NCBI GenBank assembly: GCA_050250895.1
Contig: JBFWNU010000001.1
Span: 936,008 to 1,000,007, forward strand
Source of the DNA: Vulcanimicrobiota bacterium
GTDB taxonomy: Bacteria; Vulcanimicrobiota; Xenobia; Xenobiales; JADMJV01
Direction: 5' to 3'
DNA length: 64,000 bases
Part shown: piece after piece, positions 8,793-18,319 of the stretch
Layout: each line of letters opens with the position of its first letter
How positions within the stretch are numbered: the first letter of the stretch is position 1
Position numbers and translations under genes: made by a program
Notes under the pieces: generated by a model
What the model saw: only the letters and a program-made list of their open reading frames with translations
Told to the model about the DNA's origin: nothing
Database searches by the model: none

Positions 8793-9752
8793 ATGATCTG
8801 TTCTACTGTTAGCACGCCCATCTCCTATCCCTCCCTGCGCCCGGTGGCTAGAGCCGCTCAAGACTGCGGTGGCAGCTGCCCTACCGACCAGGCCGACCTG
8901 GGGCAAATGCCCCCCGACACCCCCGAACTCACCCAGATACTGAAGGCTTTTGCCGGCGCAACCCAACGTCCTTACTATGACGAGGCCGGCGATGCGGCCC
9001 AGATTCAGAAGTACTACGGCAACCTCGAGCCCGGCAGCGACTCGGCCGAGTTCTACCGGGCCTTGCAGCGAAAGCTCGAGTCCAGCCACACTTCTCCCCG
9101 CAGCTACTCTCCCTCGAAGTGGCTCTATCCCTGGGTCGATATCCACCCCGACGGCAACCTTCGCAGCGTCTATTCAGGCCAGATGCTCAACGCCGAAAAC
9201 CTGATCCGCCAGGACTATTGGCGGGCCCAGTCCGAGATTCTCGTCTCGTACATGACCTCACCCGAGACGGCCGGCGCAGCCCTGGCTATCCTCGAGTCGC
9301 AGGCCGCCTTCAATTGCGAGCATGTCGTGCCCCAGTCGTGGTATTCCAAGCGCGAGCCGATGCGCGGCGATCTGCATCATCTGTTTGCCTGCGAACCCCG
9401 TTGCAATAGCGCCCGGGGCAACCTGCCCTACTACGACTTTCCCGAGAACGAAGACACCATCCGCAACGACTGTGGCCGTATCGACCATAGCGGACGCCAC
9501 TTCGAGCCCGAGGGGGGTAAGGGAGCGGTGGCCCGAGCCACCCTCTACTTCTTGCTGCGCTATCCGGGGGCCCTCGACGATTACTCGCCGCGCGACATCG
9601 AGACGCTACTCGAGTGGCATCGCGAGAATCCGGTCAGCCTCTACGAGAAACACCGTAACGCGGCCATCGAAGAGATCCAGGGCAATCGCAACCCGCTGAT
9701 CGACCATCCCGAGTGGGCTGACAAGATCGACTTCACCCAGGGCCTGCGGTGA
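8793..9752 (+). CDS. Endonuclease I (EndA/Bsn-like His-Me finger nuclease) lacking a Sec signal peptide
   Basis: FNCEHVVPQSW, DLHHLFACEPRCNSARGN, KGAVARATLYFLLRY, QGNRNPLIDHPEW. Confidence 0.92.
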   Translation: MICSTVSTPISYPSLRPVARAAQDCGGSCPTDQADLGQMPPDTPELTQILKAFAGATQRPYYDEAGDAAQIQKYYGNLEPGSDSAEFYRALQRKLESSHTSPRSYSPSKWLYPWVDIHPDGNLRSVYSGQMLNAENLIRQDYWRAQSEILVSYMTSPETAGAALAILESQAAFNCEHVVPQSWYSKREPMRGDLHHLFACEPRCNSARGNLPYYDFPENEDTIRNDCGRIDHSGRHFEPEGGKGAVARATLYFLLRYPGALDDYSPRDIETLLEWHRENPVSLYEKHRNAAIEEIQGNRNPLIDHPEWADKIDFTQGLR

Positions 9753-10534
9753 CACCGACCATCACCTTGCTGACCGACTTCGGTCTGCAAGACCCCTATG
9801 TGGGGGTAATGAAAGGCGTGATCCTGGGCATTTGCCCAGGCGCTCGCCTGGTGGACCTGACCCATCTGATCCCGCCCCAGGACGTGGACGCGGCCGGACT
9901 GGCCCTGGCCCGGGCCTACGCATGGTTTGCGCCGGGCACCATCCATCTGGCCGTGGTGGACCCCGGAGTAGGCAGCAGCCGGCGCGCCGTGGCGGTGGCT
10001 GCTGGGGGTCACCTCTTCGTGGCCCCCGACAACGGTTTACTGTCCCGAGTCATGACCCGGGCCGGAGCCTATGAAGCCCACCAACTCGAAGCCCGGCAGT
10101 ATCGCCTGGCCGAGACCAGTCACACCTTTCATGGACGCGATATCTTCGCCCCGGCCGCGGCCTGGCTGGCCAACGGAGTCAAGCCGTCGGAGTTGGGCCA
10201 AACGGTCGACCAACTGGTGCTGCGCCCCGACCCCCAACCCGAGCCAACCACCCACGGCTGGCGGGTGACCATCATCGGCCGCGATCATTTCGGCAACCTG
10301 ATCACCAACCTGAGCCCCGAGCTGGCGGGCCCTGACCTGGAGGTACGGGCCGGCCAACGCAGTCTACCCCTGTGCACCAGCTACACCCAGGTAGAAATCG
10401 GTCAACCGCTGGCGATCTGGGGTTCGGATCACGCGCTCGAACTCTCGGTCAATCAGGGCGATGCCGGCGCTGTCCTGGGACTGGGGATTGGCGATCAGGT
10501 CGTGGTGATGGCCACGGCAGGTGGTTCTGGCTAG
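9749..10534 (+). CDS. SAM hydroxide adenosyltransferase (DUF62; chlorinase/fluorinase superfamily)
   Basis: ITLLTDFG, VVDPGVGSSRR, TFHGRDIFAP, DHFGNLITN. Confidence 0.93.
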   Translation: MTPTITLLTDFGLQDPYVGVMKGVILGICPGARLVDLTHLIPPQDVDAAGLALARAYAWFAPGTIHLAVVDPGVGSSRRAVAVAAGGHLFVAPDNGLLSRVMTRAGAYEAHQLEARQYRLAETSHTFHGRDIFAPAAAWLANGVKPSELGQTVDQLVLRPDPQPEPTTHGWRVTIIGRDHFGNLITNLSPELAGPDLEVRAGQRSLPLCTSYTQVEIGQPLAIWGSDHALELSVNQGDAGAVLGLGIGDQVVVMATAGGSG

Positions 10535-10552
10535 GAGTGGGAAGACTCGGCG

Positions 10553-10720
10553 GTGAGGTCTCGCGAAGAAATTCTGGCTCAATTTCCCGAACGCGACATG
10601 GACGGCTGCTGGGAGATCAGTCCCCACGCCGACAGTCGCTGGCGTGCCGCCGTTCTCGAGGTCTTGCTCGACATCCGCGAGGCCGTCTGCAGCGAAATCG
10701 CCCGTCAGCAAGCTGACTGA
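10553..10720 (+). CDS. Small hypothetical protein (55 aa, below ORF-track cutoff)
   Basis: GTG..TGA ORF MRSREEILAQFPERDMDGCWEISPHADSRWRAAVLEVLLDIREAVCSEIARQQAD fills the gap between two + genes; genome-like codons. Confidence 0.6.
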   Translation: MRSREEILAQFPERDMDGCWEISPHADSRWRAAVLEVLLDIREAVCSEIARQQAD

Positions 10721-10723
10721 CGA

Positions 10724-12136
10724 GTGTCCAACCCGGCTCAGTCGCAGACTCCCTACCTCGATGCCCTCAAAGCCCATCTGGCCGCCGAGGTACGTTCCTT
10801 CCACATGCCCGGTCATCAGGGCGGGCGAGGCGCTCCGGCCCGCCTGCTCGAGTTGCTCGGGCCCGAGGTGTGGCGCGCCGACCTGACGCAGGTGCACGGA
10901 CTCGACGACATCCATCGGCCCGACGGCCCCTGCGGTCAGGCCCAGCGGCTGGCAGCCGAGGCCTATGGAGCCGATTTCACCTATTTTTTGGTTAACGGCT
11001 CGAGTTCGGGCAACCAGATTATGGCCATGGCCGCCCTCCACCGGGGTCAGTCCGTGCTGGTGGCTCGCAACGCCCATCGCTCGACCGTGGCCGGCATTCT
11101 GCTGGCAGGCGCCGAGCCCGTCTACTATCAGGGCCCCTACGACCCGGCGATGCAGGTCTGGGAGCCGCCGCAAGTCGAGCACCTCGAAGCCGCGTGGCGG
11201 CCGGACCTGACTGCCCTCTGGCTGACCAATCCCAGCTACTACGGAGCCTCCGGACCCATCGAGCGTTTGGTCGAGTGGGCTCACCGGCGCGATCTGATCT
11301 GCCTGGTCGACGAAGCCTGGGGGGCGCACCTGCACTTCCACCCCGACCTGCCCAGCTCGGCCGTCACGGCGGGTGCCGACCTGGTGGTTCAGAGCGTTCA
11401 CAAGACTCTGGGAGGACTCTCTCAAGCTGCTCAACTGCATGTTCGCCAGGGCCGGGTCGACCAGGCCCGCCTCGAGAACTGGGTCCGGTGGCTGTCCTCT
11501 ACCAGCCCGTTCTGTCCCTTGTTGGCCTCGATCGATGCGGTGCGACATCAGATGGTGAGCCAGGGCCGCGAGCTACTGACGCAGGTGATCGAGCTGGCTA
11601 CCCAGACGCGCCGACGGCTAGCCCAACTCGAGCGGGTCACGGTCTTCTCCGCCCGGTCGGGGGGCGACCCTACCCGCGTGGTAGCCCGGGTAGCCGGCTA
11701 CACTGGGCGAGAACTCGAAGCCGCGCTCTACAGCCGCCAGATCCAGGTGGAGATGTCGGATGCCCACCAGGTGGTCTTGCTGTTCTCTCCTGGCCATCAG
11801 GCCCAGGATGTCGATCACCTGGTCGAGGCTTTTGCGCAACTGCCGCTCCGCGAAGCTCCACCGCGACCGCTTCGGAACTGGCCCCCTGTGCCCGAGCAGG
11901 CCTGTTCGCCGCGCCAGGCGCTCGAGCGGCCCTCCGAGGCGGTGCCCCTGCAACAGGCCGTGGGCAGAATAGGGGTCGAACTGGTGACTCCCTATCCTCC
12001 GGGCATTCCCGTGCTCTATCCGGGTGAGGTCATCTCGGCCGAAGCGGTGGCCTATCTGAAATTCGAGCAGGCTTCCGGCGTCGATATCGAAGGGGCTTTT
12101 GACTCGACGCTGAAAACACTTCGGGTAATCACTTAG
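10724..12136 (+). CDS. Orn/Lys/Arg decarboxylase (YaaO-like, PLP-dependent)
   Basis: FHMPGH, LVNGSS, RNAHRS, VDEAWGAH, QSVHKTL (PLP Lys), PYPPGIP. Confidence 0.93.
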   Translation: MSNPAQSQTPYLDALKAHLAAEVRSFHMPGHQGGRGAPARLLELLGPEVWRADLTQVHGLDDIHRPDGPCGQAQRLAAEAYGADFTYFLVNGSSSGNQIMAMAALHRGQSVLVARNAHRSTVAGILLAGAEPVYYQGPYDPAMQVWEPPQVEHLEAAWRPDLTALWLTNPSYYGASGPIERLVEWAHRRDLICLVDEAWGAHLHFHPDLPSSAVTAGADLVVQSVHKTLGGLSQAAQLHVRQGRVDQARLENWVRWLSSTSPFCPLLASIDAVRHQMVSQGRELLTQVIELATQTRRRLAQLERVTVFSARSGGDPTRVVARVAGYTGRELEAALYSRQIQVEMSDAHQVVLLFSPGHQAQDVDHLVEAFAQLPLREAPPRPLRNWPPVPEQACSPRQALERPSEAVPLQQAVGRIGVELVTPYPPGIPVLYPGEVISAEAVAYLKFEQASGVDIEGAFDSTLKTLRVIT

Positions 12137-12144
12137 AGGTAATA

Positions 12145-13707
12145 TTGGAAGACTCAGCCTTGCCTATCCATACGGCCCTCAGGGTCACCGACGATCTAGA
12201 CCGGTTGTTCGATATCTTCCCTGACTATGTCAAGCGGAGCCTGTTGCGTCACGAAGACGACCTGGTCAATCTCATCGAAGTCGTGCTGGACCTGGGGCGA
12301 CGTCCGGAAGCGCGCTTTCCTGATCGCTTCGAATTCCTCTCGGAGCGGTACGTCAGCCGCGAAGATCTCCAGTATGTGATCGAGCGCGTCGGCAATTTCG
12401 GCAGCGACAACCGGGCCGGCATCGAGCGCACCCTGCACCGTATTTCGGCCATTCGCAACCGGGTGGGCGAGGTCATCGGCCTGACCTGCCGGGTGGGACG
12501 GGCAGTATTCGGCACGGTCAACGTGATCCGCGATGTGGTCGAGTCGGGCAAGAGCATCTTGCTGCTGGGACGGCCTGGCGTGGGCAAGACCACTCTCTTG
12601 CGCGAGGTAGCCCGAGTGGTGGCTGACGAACTCAAGCGCCGGGTGGTCATTGTCGACACCTCCAACGAAATTGCGGGGGATGGTGACATTCCCCACCCCG
12701 GCATCGGCCTGGCCCGGCGCATGCAAGTGCCTCGCAGCGACCTGCAGCACTCCATCATGATCGAAGCCGTCGAGAATCACATGCCCGAGGTGATCGTGGT
12801 CGACGAAATCGGCACCGAAGCCGAAGCCTACGCGGCCCGCACCATCGCCGAACGAGGTGTGTCGCTGGTAGCCACGGCCCACGGCAATACGCTAGAAAAC
12901 CTGATCATGAATCCCACCTTGTCGGACTTGATCGGGGGAATTCAGTCGGTCACCCTGGGCGATGAAGAGGCCCGTCGGCGCCGCACCCAAAAAACGGTGC
13001 TCGAACGGCGCGCTCCACCCACTTTCGAGGTAGTGGTAGAGATTCAAGACAAGCGCACCTTCGTGCTCCATGACGATGTGGCTCAAGTGGTCGACCTGAT
13101 GCTACGCGACGAATCTCCCCTGCCCGAGATTCGGGTGCGCAAGGACAGCGGAGTCGAAGTGGTGCAGTCCTCCAACCGCGAATTTCTGGCCTTCGACCAG
13201 CCCGAGGAGGGCCGCCACTGGAAACTGGCCCCCCCACCGCCGGGCCATGCTCCCAAAGAGGGGGTCAAGATCTTCCCCTACTCGGTCAGTCGCAACCGAC
13301 TCGAGCGAGCCATCAAGACGCTGGGCGTGTCGGCTGAAATCGTGCGCACTCACGACCTGGCGGATGTGGTGCTGACCCTCAAAGGAGCAGCCCGCAAAGG
13401 CTCGTCGCGCTTTGACGAACTGGCTCGCCGCAACGTGCCCATCCACACCATCAAAGCCAACACGGTGGCCCAGATTCAAAAGTTTCTCAAACAGTATTTC
13501 TCGCTGGGCGACCTTTCGGTAGAGGAGTTGGCCTTGCGCGAGGCCGAAGAGGCTATCCGTAAAGTCTCGGCCTCGGGGAGGTCGATCGATCTAGCTCCTC
13601 AAACCCCGGCCGTAAGGCGGCTCCAGCACGAGTTGGCCGAAAAGATGGCGCTTGGCTCCAAGAGTGTCGGCTCTGAGCCTTACCGCCACGTGCGAATTCA
13701 TAAGTGA
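12145..13707 (+). CDS. Ycf45/SpoIIIAA-like AAA ATPase with C-terminal R3H domain
   Basis: LDLGRRPEARF, GRPGVGKTT, DTSNEIAGDGD, VDEIG, RRLQHELAE. Confidence 0.92.
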   Translation: MEDSALPIHTALRVTDDLDRLFDIFPDYVKRSLLRHEDDLVNLIEVVLDLGRRPEARFPDRFEFLSERYVSREDLQYVIERVGNFGSDNRAGIERTLHRISAIRNRVGEVIGLTCRVGRAVFGTVNVIRDVVESGKSILLLGRPGVGKTTLLREVARVVADELKRRVVIVDTSNEIAGDGDIPHPGIGLARRMQVPRSDLQHSIMIEAVENHMPEVIVVDEIGTEAEAYAARTIAERGVSLVATAHGNTLENLIMNPTLSDLIGGIQSVTLGDEEARRRRTQKTVLERRAPPTFEVVVEIQDKRTFVLHDDVAQVVDLMLRDESPLPEIRVRKDSGVEVVQSSNREFLAFDQPEEGRHWKLAPPPPGHAPKEGVKIFPYSVSRNRLERAIKTLGVSAEIVRTHDLADVVLTLKGAARKGSSRFDELARRNVPIHTIKANTVAQIQKFLKQYFSLGDLSVEELALREAEEAIRKVSASGRSIDLAPQTPAVRRLQHELAEKMALGSKSVGSEPYRHVRIHK

Positions 13708-13716
13708 GGCGAATCC

Positions 13717-14415
13717 ATGTCTGCTAGCAACCCCGGAATGTTCATTACCTTCGAAGGATTGGAAGGAGCCGGCAAATCCACCCAGGCCGCTCACCTGGTC
13801 GACTTTTTGACCCAGGAGGGCTATCCGGTGAAGTTGGTCCGCGAGCCCGGTGGCACAGCTATCGGTGAGGCTATTCGCGGTTTGTTGGCCGATCCTCAGT
13901 ATAACGACATGGCCCCCCTCACCGAGGTCTTTCTGTTCGCTGCTTCGCGCTCGCAACTGGTCGAGCAATTTATCCGCCCTCAGCTGGAAGAGGGAGCCAT
14001 CGTTGTCTGTGATCGCTTCACCGACGCCACCCTGGCCTATCAGGGGTATGGACGCGGCGTCCACCCCACCCAGATTCGTGAGGTCAGCGACATGTGCAGC
14101 TGGGGCGTTCGCCCGGATCTGACCTTTCTGCTCGACATCGAGCCAGCCCGCGGCCTCAACCGGGTGCGCACCCGCTCGGTGGCCACCCTGACCCAGATGG
14201 ACCGCTTCGAACAGCTGGATATGGGTTTTTATGAACGGGTCCGGGAGGGCTATCTCGAAATCGCCTCGGAAGAGCCTTTCCGATTTCGCGTGCTCGACGC
14301 CAACGGCGAAGAAGACCTGTTGGCCAGTAAGCTCAGTCAGATCGCCCTGCGCGAGGTCAAAAAGAAGATGCCGGACCCTGGCCGCCTGAGCTTCGGAAGG
14401 CCCACCCTCGAGTGA
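13717..14415 (+). CDS. tmk: Thymidylate kinase
   Basis: FITFEGLEGAGKST, REPGGT, CDRFTDATLAYQG. Confidence 0.97.
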   Translation: MSASNPGMFITFEGLEGAGKSTQAAHLVDFLTQEGYPVKLVREPGGTAIGEAIRGLLADPQYNDMAPLTEVFLFAASRSQLVEQFIRPQLEEGAIVVCDRFTDATLAYQGYGRGVHPTQIREVSDMCSWGVRPDLTFLLDIEPARGLNRVRTRSVATLTQMDRFEQLDMGFYERVREGYLEIASEEPFRFRVLDANGEEDLLASKLSQIALREVKKKMPDPGRLSFGRPTLE

Positions 14416-15422
14416 GCCAGACGGCCTTCCTCGACATCGTCGGCAATCGGGAGGCCCGCCAGTGGTTAGAGCGCTCCAGCCAACAGGGCAACCCCTACCC
14501 CTCTTTGTTGTTTTCGGGCCCGGCCGGTCTGGGCAAACGGTTGACGGCCATCTGGTATGCCGCCTTCCTAAACTGTGCCGGCCAACAAAGGCCCTGTGGC
14601 CGCTGCCCGAGCTGTGGCAAGATCGCCCGCGGCAACCACCCCGACCTGTTGGTTCAAGAACGCCTCGAGAAGAAGAACACCCTGGGGGTAGGCGAGATTC
14701 GCGAAGGCATCGCGGCCGCCGACTATACGCCGTACGAGGGCGGCTTTCGTATCTGGATCATCCCTGAGGCCGAGCGACTGACCGAAGAGGCCCAGAACTC
14801 GCTGCTCAAGACTCTGGAAGAACCGCCCCGCAAATTGGTGGTGATCCTGGTGACCTCGAACCTGGGGGTGATTCTGCCCACCGTAGCCTCACGGTGCCAA
14901 CCTCTGCGCTTTCGACCCGTCGAGACCACCGAGGTCGAATCGGTGTTACTAGCGCGTGGCTGCGAGGCCGAGCGGGCCGGCCAGATGGCCGCTCTGGCCG
15001 AGGGGCGGGTAGGCCAGGCCTTGCAGCTACTCGAGCAACCGCTGTTGTGGGAACAACGCGAGTCGATTCTCGAGCTCCTGTCCCGGTTGCCCGGCCAGGA
15101 CTTGTGGGGCGCCATCGAAACGGCTCAGGAGTTCGAAGGAATGCGGACCGACCGCGAAGATCGGAGCAACCTCGAGCGAGTCCTCGAGACCACTCGCTCA
15201 TTCTATCGAGACTTGCTGGTGGTGGCCGCTGGCGCCCCCGCCCAAATGACCATCAACGCCCACCATCATCAAGCTTTGGTGGAAACGGCCGGCAAGCTCG
15301 GGCGAGCCGGGGCCCTGGTCGCCCTCGAGCGGTTGGCTGAGGCCGAAGAGCAGATGCAGCAGAACGTTTCGCCGCGACTGCTGTTGCAAAGATTGTGTCT
15401 GCGTCTGGCGAAAGGAAACTGA
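14412..15422 (+). CDS. holB: DNA polymerase III delta' subunit
   Basis: LFSGPAGLGK, Zn cysteines, HPD, NSLLKTLEEPP, LPTVASRC; position after tmk. Confidence 0.95.
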   Translation: MSQTAFLDIVGNREARQWLERSSQQGNPYPSLLFSGPAGLGKRLTAIWYAAFLNCAGQQRPCGRCPSCGKIARGNHPDLLVQERLEKKNTLGVGEIREGIAAADYTPYEGGFRIWIIPEAERLTEEAQNSLLKTLEEPPRKLVVILVTSNLGVILPTVASRCQPLRFRPVETTEVESVLLARGCEAERAGQMAALAEGRVGQALQLLEQPLLWEQRESILELLSRLPGQDLWGAIETAQEFEGMRTDREDRSNLERVLETTRSFYRDLLVVAAGAPAQMTINAHHHQALVETAGKLGRAGALVALERLAEAEEQMQQNVSPRLLLQRLCLRLAKGN

Positions 15423-15423
15423 G

Positions 15424-16284
15424 ATGGTTGCAATAGCTTTTGAAGAAGCCGGCAAGAGCCACGTCTATCAAACCAACGGCCTGGAAGTGGCTGTCGGCGA
15501 TCAGGTCGTGGCCGAAACCCCCCGCGGGCTCGAACTGGGTCAGGTCGTAGCCGTGGCTAAACCCGGACCGGGCGACCCCCCCGCCGACGAGATTCCGATC
15601 CTGGTCAGGCTGGCCACCCGTGCCGACCTGCGCACCCAGTTTCGCAATCGGCTACGGGCCGAAGACGCTCACCGAACCGCCCTGCAGAAGATCAACGAAC
15701 ACGGCTTACCCATGAAATTGCTGTCGACCCACTTCACGCTCGACGGCAGCCGAATCGTGTTCTTTTTCTCGGCCGAGGGGAGGGTCGACTTTCGCCAGCT
15801 GGTCAAGGATCTGGTGGCGGGCATGCGACGCCGTATCGAACTGCATCAGGTGGGGGCCCGCGATCGGGCCAAGCTCAGCGGCGGTATCGGCCCCTGCGGT
15901 CGGGAGTGCTGCTGCACCTCGTGGCTGCGTGAATTCGCCCCGGTCTCTATCAAGATGACCAAGGAACAGGGGTTATCGCTGAACCCCTCCAAAATCTCGG
16001 GCGCCTGCGGTCGGCTGATGTGCTGTCTGCGCTACGAGTACGAGACCTATCGCAAGCTTCGGGCCGAGCTGCCCAAGGTGGGGGCGACCCTGAAGATACC
16101 TGAGGGAAAAGTTACCGTGCTCGAAGTGGGGCTGCTCACCCGAACGCTGACCGTGGAACACCCCGAGTTGGGCATTTTCGACATCCCGGCCGGGAGGGCC
16201 ATCGAAGGACCTTCCGAAGTGTGCCAGTCGTGCACGAAGCCTGTGCAGTGCAGTCCCGACCAGGAGTCCGATGAATCATCATAA
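15424..16284 (+). CDS. ricT: PSP1 domain protein (RicT/YaaT family)
   Basis: RVDFRQLVKDL, GIGPCGRECCC, LNPSKISGACGRLMCCLRYE. Confidence 0.93.
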   Translation: MVAIAFEEAGKSHVYQTNGLEVAVGDQVVAETPRGLELGQVVAVAKPGPGDPPADEIPILVRLATRADLRTQFRNRLRAEDAHRTALQKINEHGLPMKLLSTHFTLDGSRIVFFFSAEGRVDFRQLVKDLVAGMRRRIELHQVGARDRAKLSGGIGPCGRECCCTSWLREFAPVSIKMTKEQGLSLNPSKISGACGRLMCCLRYEYETYRKLRAELPKVGATLKIPEGKVTVLEVGLLTRTLTVEHPELGIFDIPAGRAIEGPSEVCQSCTKPVQCSPDQESDESS

Positions 16285-16299
16285 TTTAGCCCGGGTCAG

Positions 16300-16328
16300 T
16301 TATACACTTTTCCCCAGGCTTATCCACA
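16300..16328 (+). promoter_or_regulatory. Cluster of three tandem DnaA-box-like 9-mers
   Basis: TTATACACT 16300, TTTTCCCCA 16308 and perfect TTATCCACA 16320 in an AT-richer intergenic region. Confidence 0.6.
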
Positions 16329-16486
16329 GGATCTTTGTCTCGTCTAGATTGCCTATCTTAGCAGCGGTATCAAGGAACAGTCAAGCGAACAGTCTGTAAA
16401 CTTTCCAGAATCGAAAATACCTTTGGCGAAAGGGTTTGCGCCGATTCTATGTTCGCCCACATTCAAGATTAATTGAGAGGAATTCC

Positions 16487-17257
16487 ATGGAACTTCGCAA
16501 TCGAGTGGCCCTGATCACCGGGGCTTCCTCGGGTATCGGTAAAGAAGTGGCCCTGAATCTGGCCGCCAAAGGGACGCGGGTAGCGATTGTCTCGAACGTG
16601 CCGGACGAGCTGGCCGCCGTGCTTGACGAGATCGAGTCGAAAGGGGGCAACGCCATTGCGCTCGAGGCCGATCTGGGCGACCTCGACCAGGTGAGCACCC
16701 TGGTCCCCGAATCCGAGCGGGCCCTGGGGCCGCTCGACATCCTGGTGAACAATGCCGGGATCGGCCTTCACAAGACCCTGCTCGAATCCACCGACGCCGA
16801 ATTCGATCTGCTCTTTCGAGTCAACTTCTTCGCCACGGTGCGGTTGTGTCGCGACGCTCTGACCAGCATGGCTGGCCGCGGACGCGGTTCGATCGTGAAT
16901 GTGTCCTCGGCCTCGGGCCGGCGGGCCCTGTCCCGAATGACCGCCTATGCCTCGACCAAAGGCGCCATGCATGCCTTGAGCCAGGCTCTCCGGCTCGAGG
17001 CCGCCCCCCTCGGCGTGGCCGTGACCGAGGTGCTGCCCATCTCGGTGGCCACCCCCTTCTTCTCGGCCGCTGGCTATCGCCCCAAAGGACTGGTCCAGAC
17101 TCCCCAGTGGGTGGCCCAGCAAGTGGTGGTGGGGATTTTGACCGGTCGAGCGGAGGTCTATCCCAGCCGGCTTTCGCAACTGGCCCTGGCCCTCGACGGA
17201 CTCTTTCCCAATCTGGTAGCCCGGGCCCTGGCCTGGCGAGAGGTCCACTCGTCTTGA
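16487..17257 (+). CDS. Short-chain dehydrogenase/reductase
   Basis: TGASSGIG, NNAG, YASTK; GAGG RBS before ATG 16487. Confidence 0.93.
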   Translation: MELRNRVALITGASSGIGKEVALNLAAKGTRVAIVSNVPDELAAVLDEIESKGGNAIALEADLGDLDQVSTLVPESERALGPLDILVNNAGIGLHKTLLESTDAEFDLLFRVNFFATVRLCRDALTSMAGRGRGSIVNVSSASGRRALSRMTAYASTKGAMHALSQALRLEAAPLGVAVTEVLPISVATPFFSAAGYRPKGLVQTPQWVAQQVVVGILTGRAEVYPSRLSQLALALDGLFPNLVARALAWREVHSS

Positions 17258-18240
17258 AAATCGGCCTGGTCGGAACCGGCTACATGGCCGAAAAACATTG
17301 CTCTGTATTGGCGGAACATCCCCAGGCCGACCTGAAAGTGATCTGTTCCACCGAGCGCAGCCGGGGCCGTGGCGAGACCTTCCGAGAACAGTTCGGGTTC
17401 ACCTCGAGCGGCACGGATTTTCAAGCCATGCTCGACGACCGCGACCTCGAGGTGATCTACATCTGCAGTCCCGACTCGCGCCATGTCGAACAGACCATCG
17501 CGGCCCTCGAGGCCGGCAAGCATGTGTTCTGCGAAAAGCCCCTGGCTCGAACTCGAGCCGAATTCGACCGCCTCGAGCGCACCCTGGAACGGGCCGGCAC
17601 CGTCCTGGGAGTGGGCATGAACTGCCGCTATCGGGCCCAGTATTCCGGGCCGCGTGAACGGATCGCGAGCGGCCAGTGGGGACGGCTGCAATTCTTGCGC
17701 GGCGTCTATCTTCACAACCTCGTGCCGGCGGCCCGCAACCGTCAGAAACCGTGGTGGCTCGAGCACCCTGAAGAAGTGTATTTCTTTCTCCATGGTAACG
17801 GGATCCACTGTATCGACCTGATGCGCTGGGTCGGCGGCGAGGTCGACTCGGTCTTCGCCCGCTCGAGCGGCTTCGAGCTGGGGTCCGACTTCAAGGCCGA
17901 CACCTTCTCGGCCTCAATATCGTTCACCAGCGGCGCCATCGGTGAGATGTTCGTCTCGACGGGCGCCTACGTGCCGCGCGAGATCTCGCTGCAAGCCTGG
18001 CTGAGCCAGGCCAGTCTGGTCGGCAGCACGCTCTATCGCCGCGAACAGGGCGACCAGGGAGAAGAGTTGCCCGTGCTCCAGCCACATCTCGACCTGTGGC
18101 TGCAGTTTGACGACCTGGTGGCCGCCATCGAGGCCAACCACCAGCCCATGAACTCTCTGGCCGAGGCCTATCGCAATTTCGAGGTCATCGAGGCCCTGCA
18201 ACGATCCCTGCGCAGCGGACAGGCCGTCGAGCTCGGCTGA
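17254..18240 (+). CDS. Gfo/Idh/MocA oxidoreductase
   Basis: KIGLVGTGYMA, AGKHVFCEKPLA, GIHCIDLMRW; TTG start overlapping the SDR stop. Confidence 0.92.
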   Translation: MKIGLVGTGYMAEKHCSVLAEHPQADLKVICSTERSRGRGETFREQFGFTSSGTDFQAMLDDRDLEVIYICSPDSRHVEQTIAALEAGKHVFCEKPLARTRAEFDRLERTLERAGTVLGVGMNCRYRAQYSGPRERIASGQWGRLQFLRGVYLHNLVPAARNRQKPWWLEHPEEVYFFLHGNGIHCIDLMRWVGGEVDSVFARSSGFELGSDFKADTFSASISFTSGAIGEMFVSTGAYVPREISLQAWLSQASLVGSTLYRREQGDQGEELPVLQPHLDLWLQFDDLVAAIEANHQPMNSLAEAYRNFEVIEALQRSLRSGQAVELG

Positions 18241-18242
18241 AG

Positions 18243-18285
18243 TTCACACAACGTTCAAATCCCCGTTTCTCCGTCGGGCTATGCT
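18243..18285 (+). promoter_or_regulatory. Putative activator-dependent promoter (11-bp direct repeats plus -10)
   Basis: TTCAC 18243, TTCAA 18254, GTTTC 18265; TATGCT at 18280. Confidence 0.55.
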
Positions 18286-18319
18286 CTGGGAGTCCAACCG
18301 ATGTGCAGGAGGAGACCCG

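Noticed and set aside
9749-10534. True fluorinase/chlorinase
   Set aside because: Retains the Asp-Arg-His features of the DUF62 hydrolase (VDPGVG..RR, TFHGRD); no halometabolite cluster nearby
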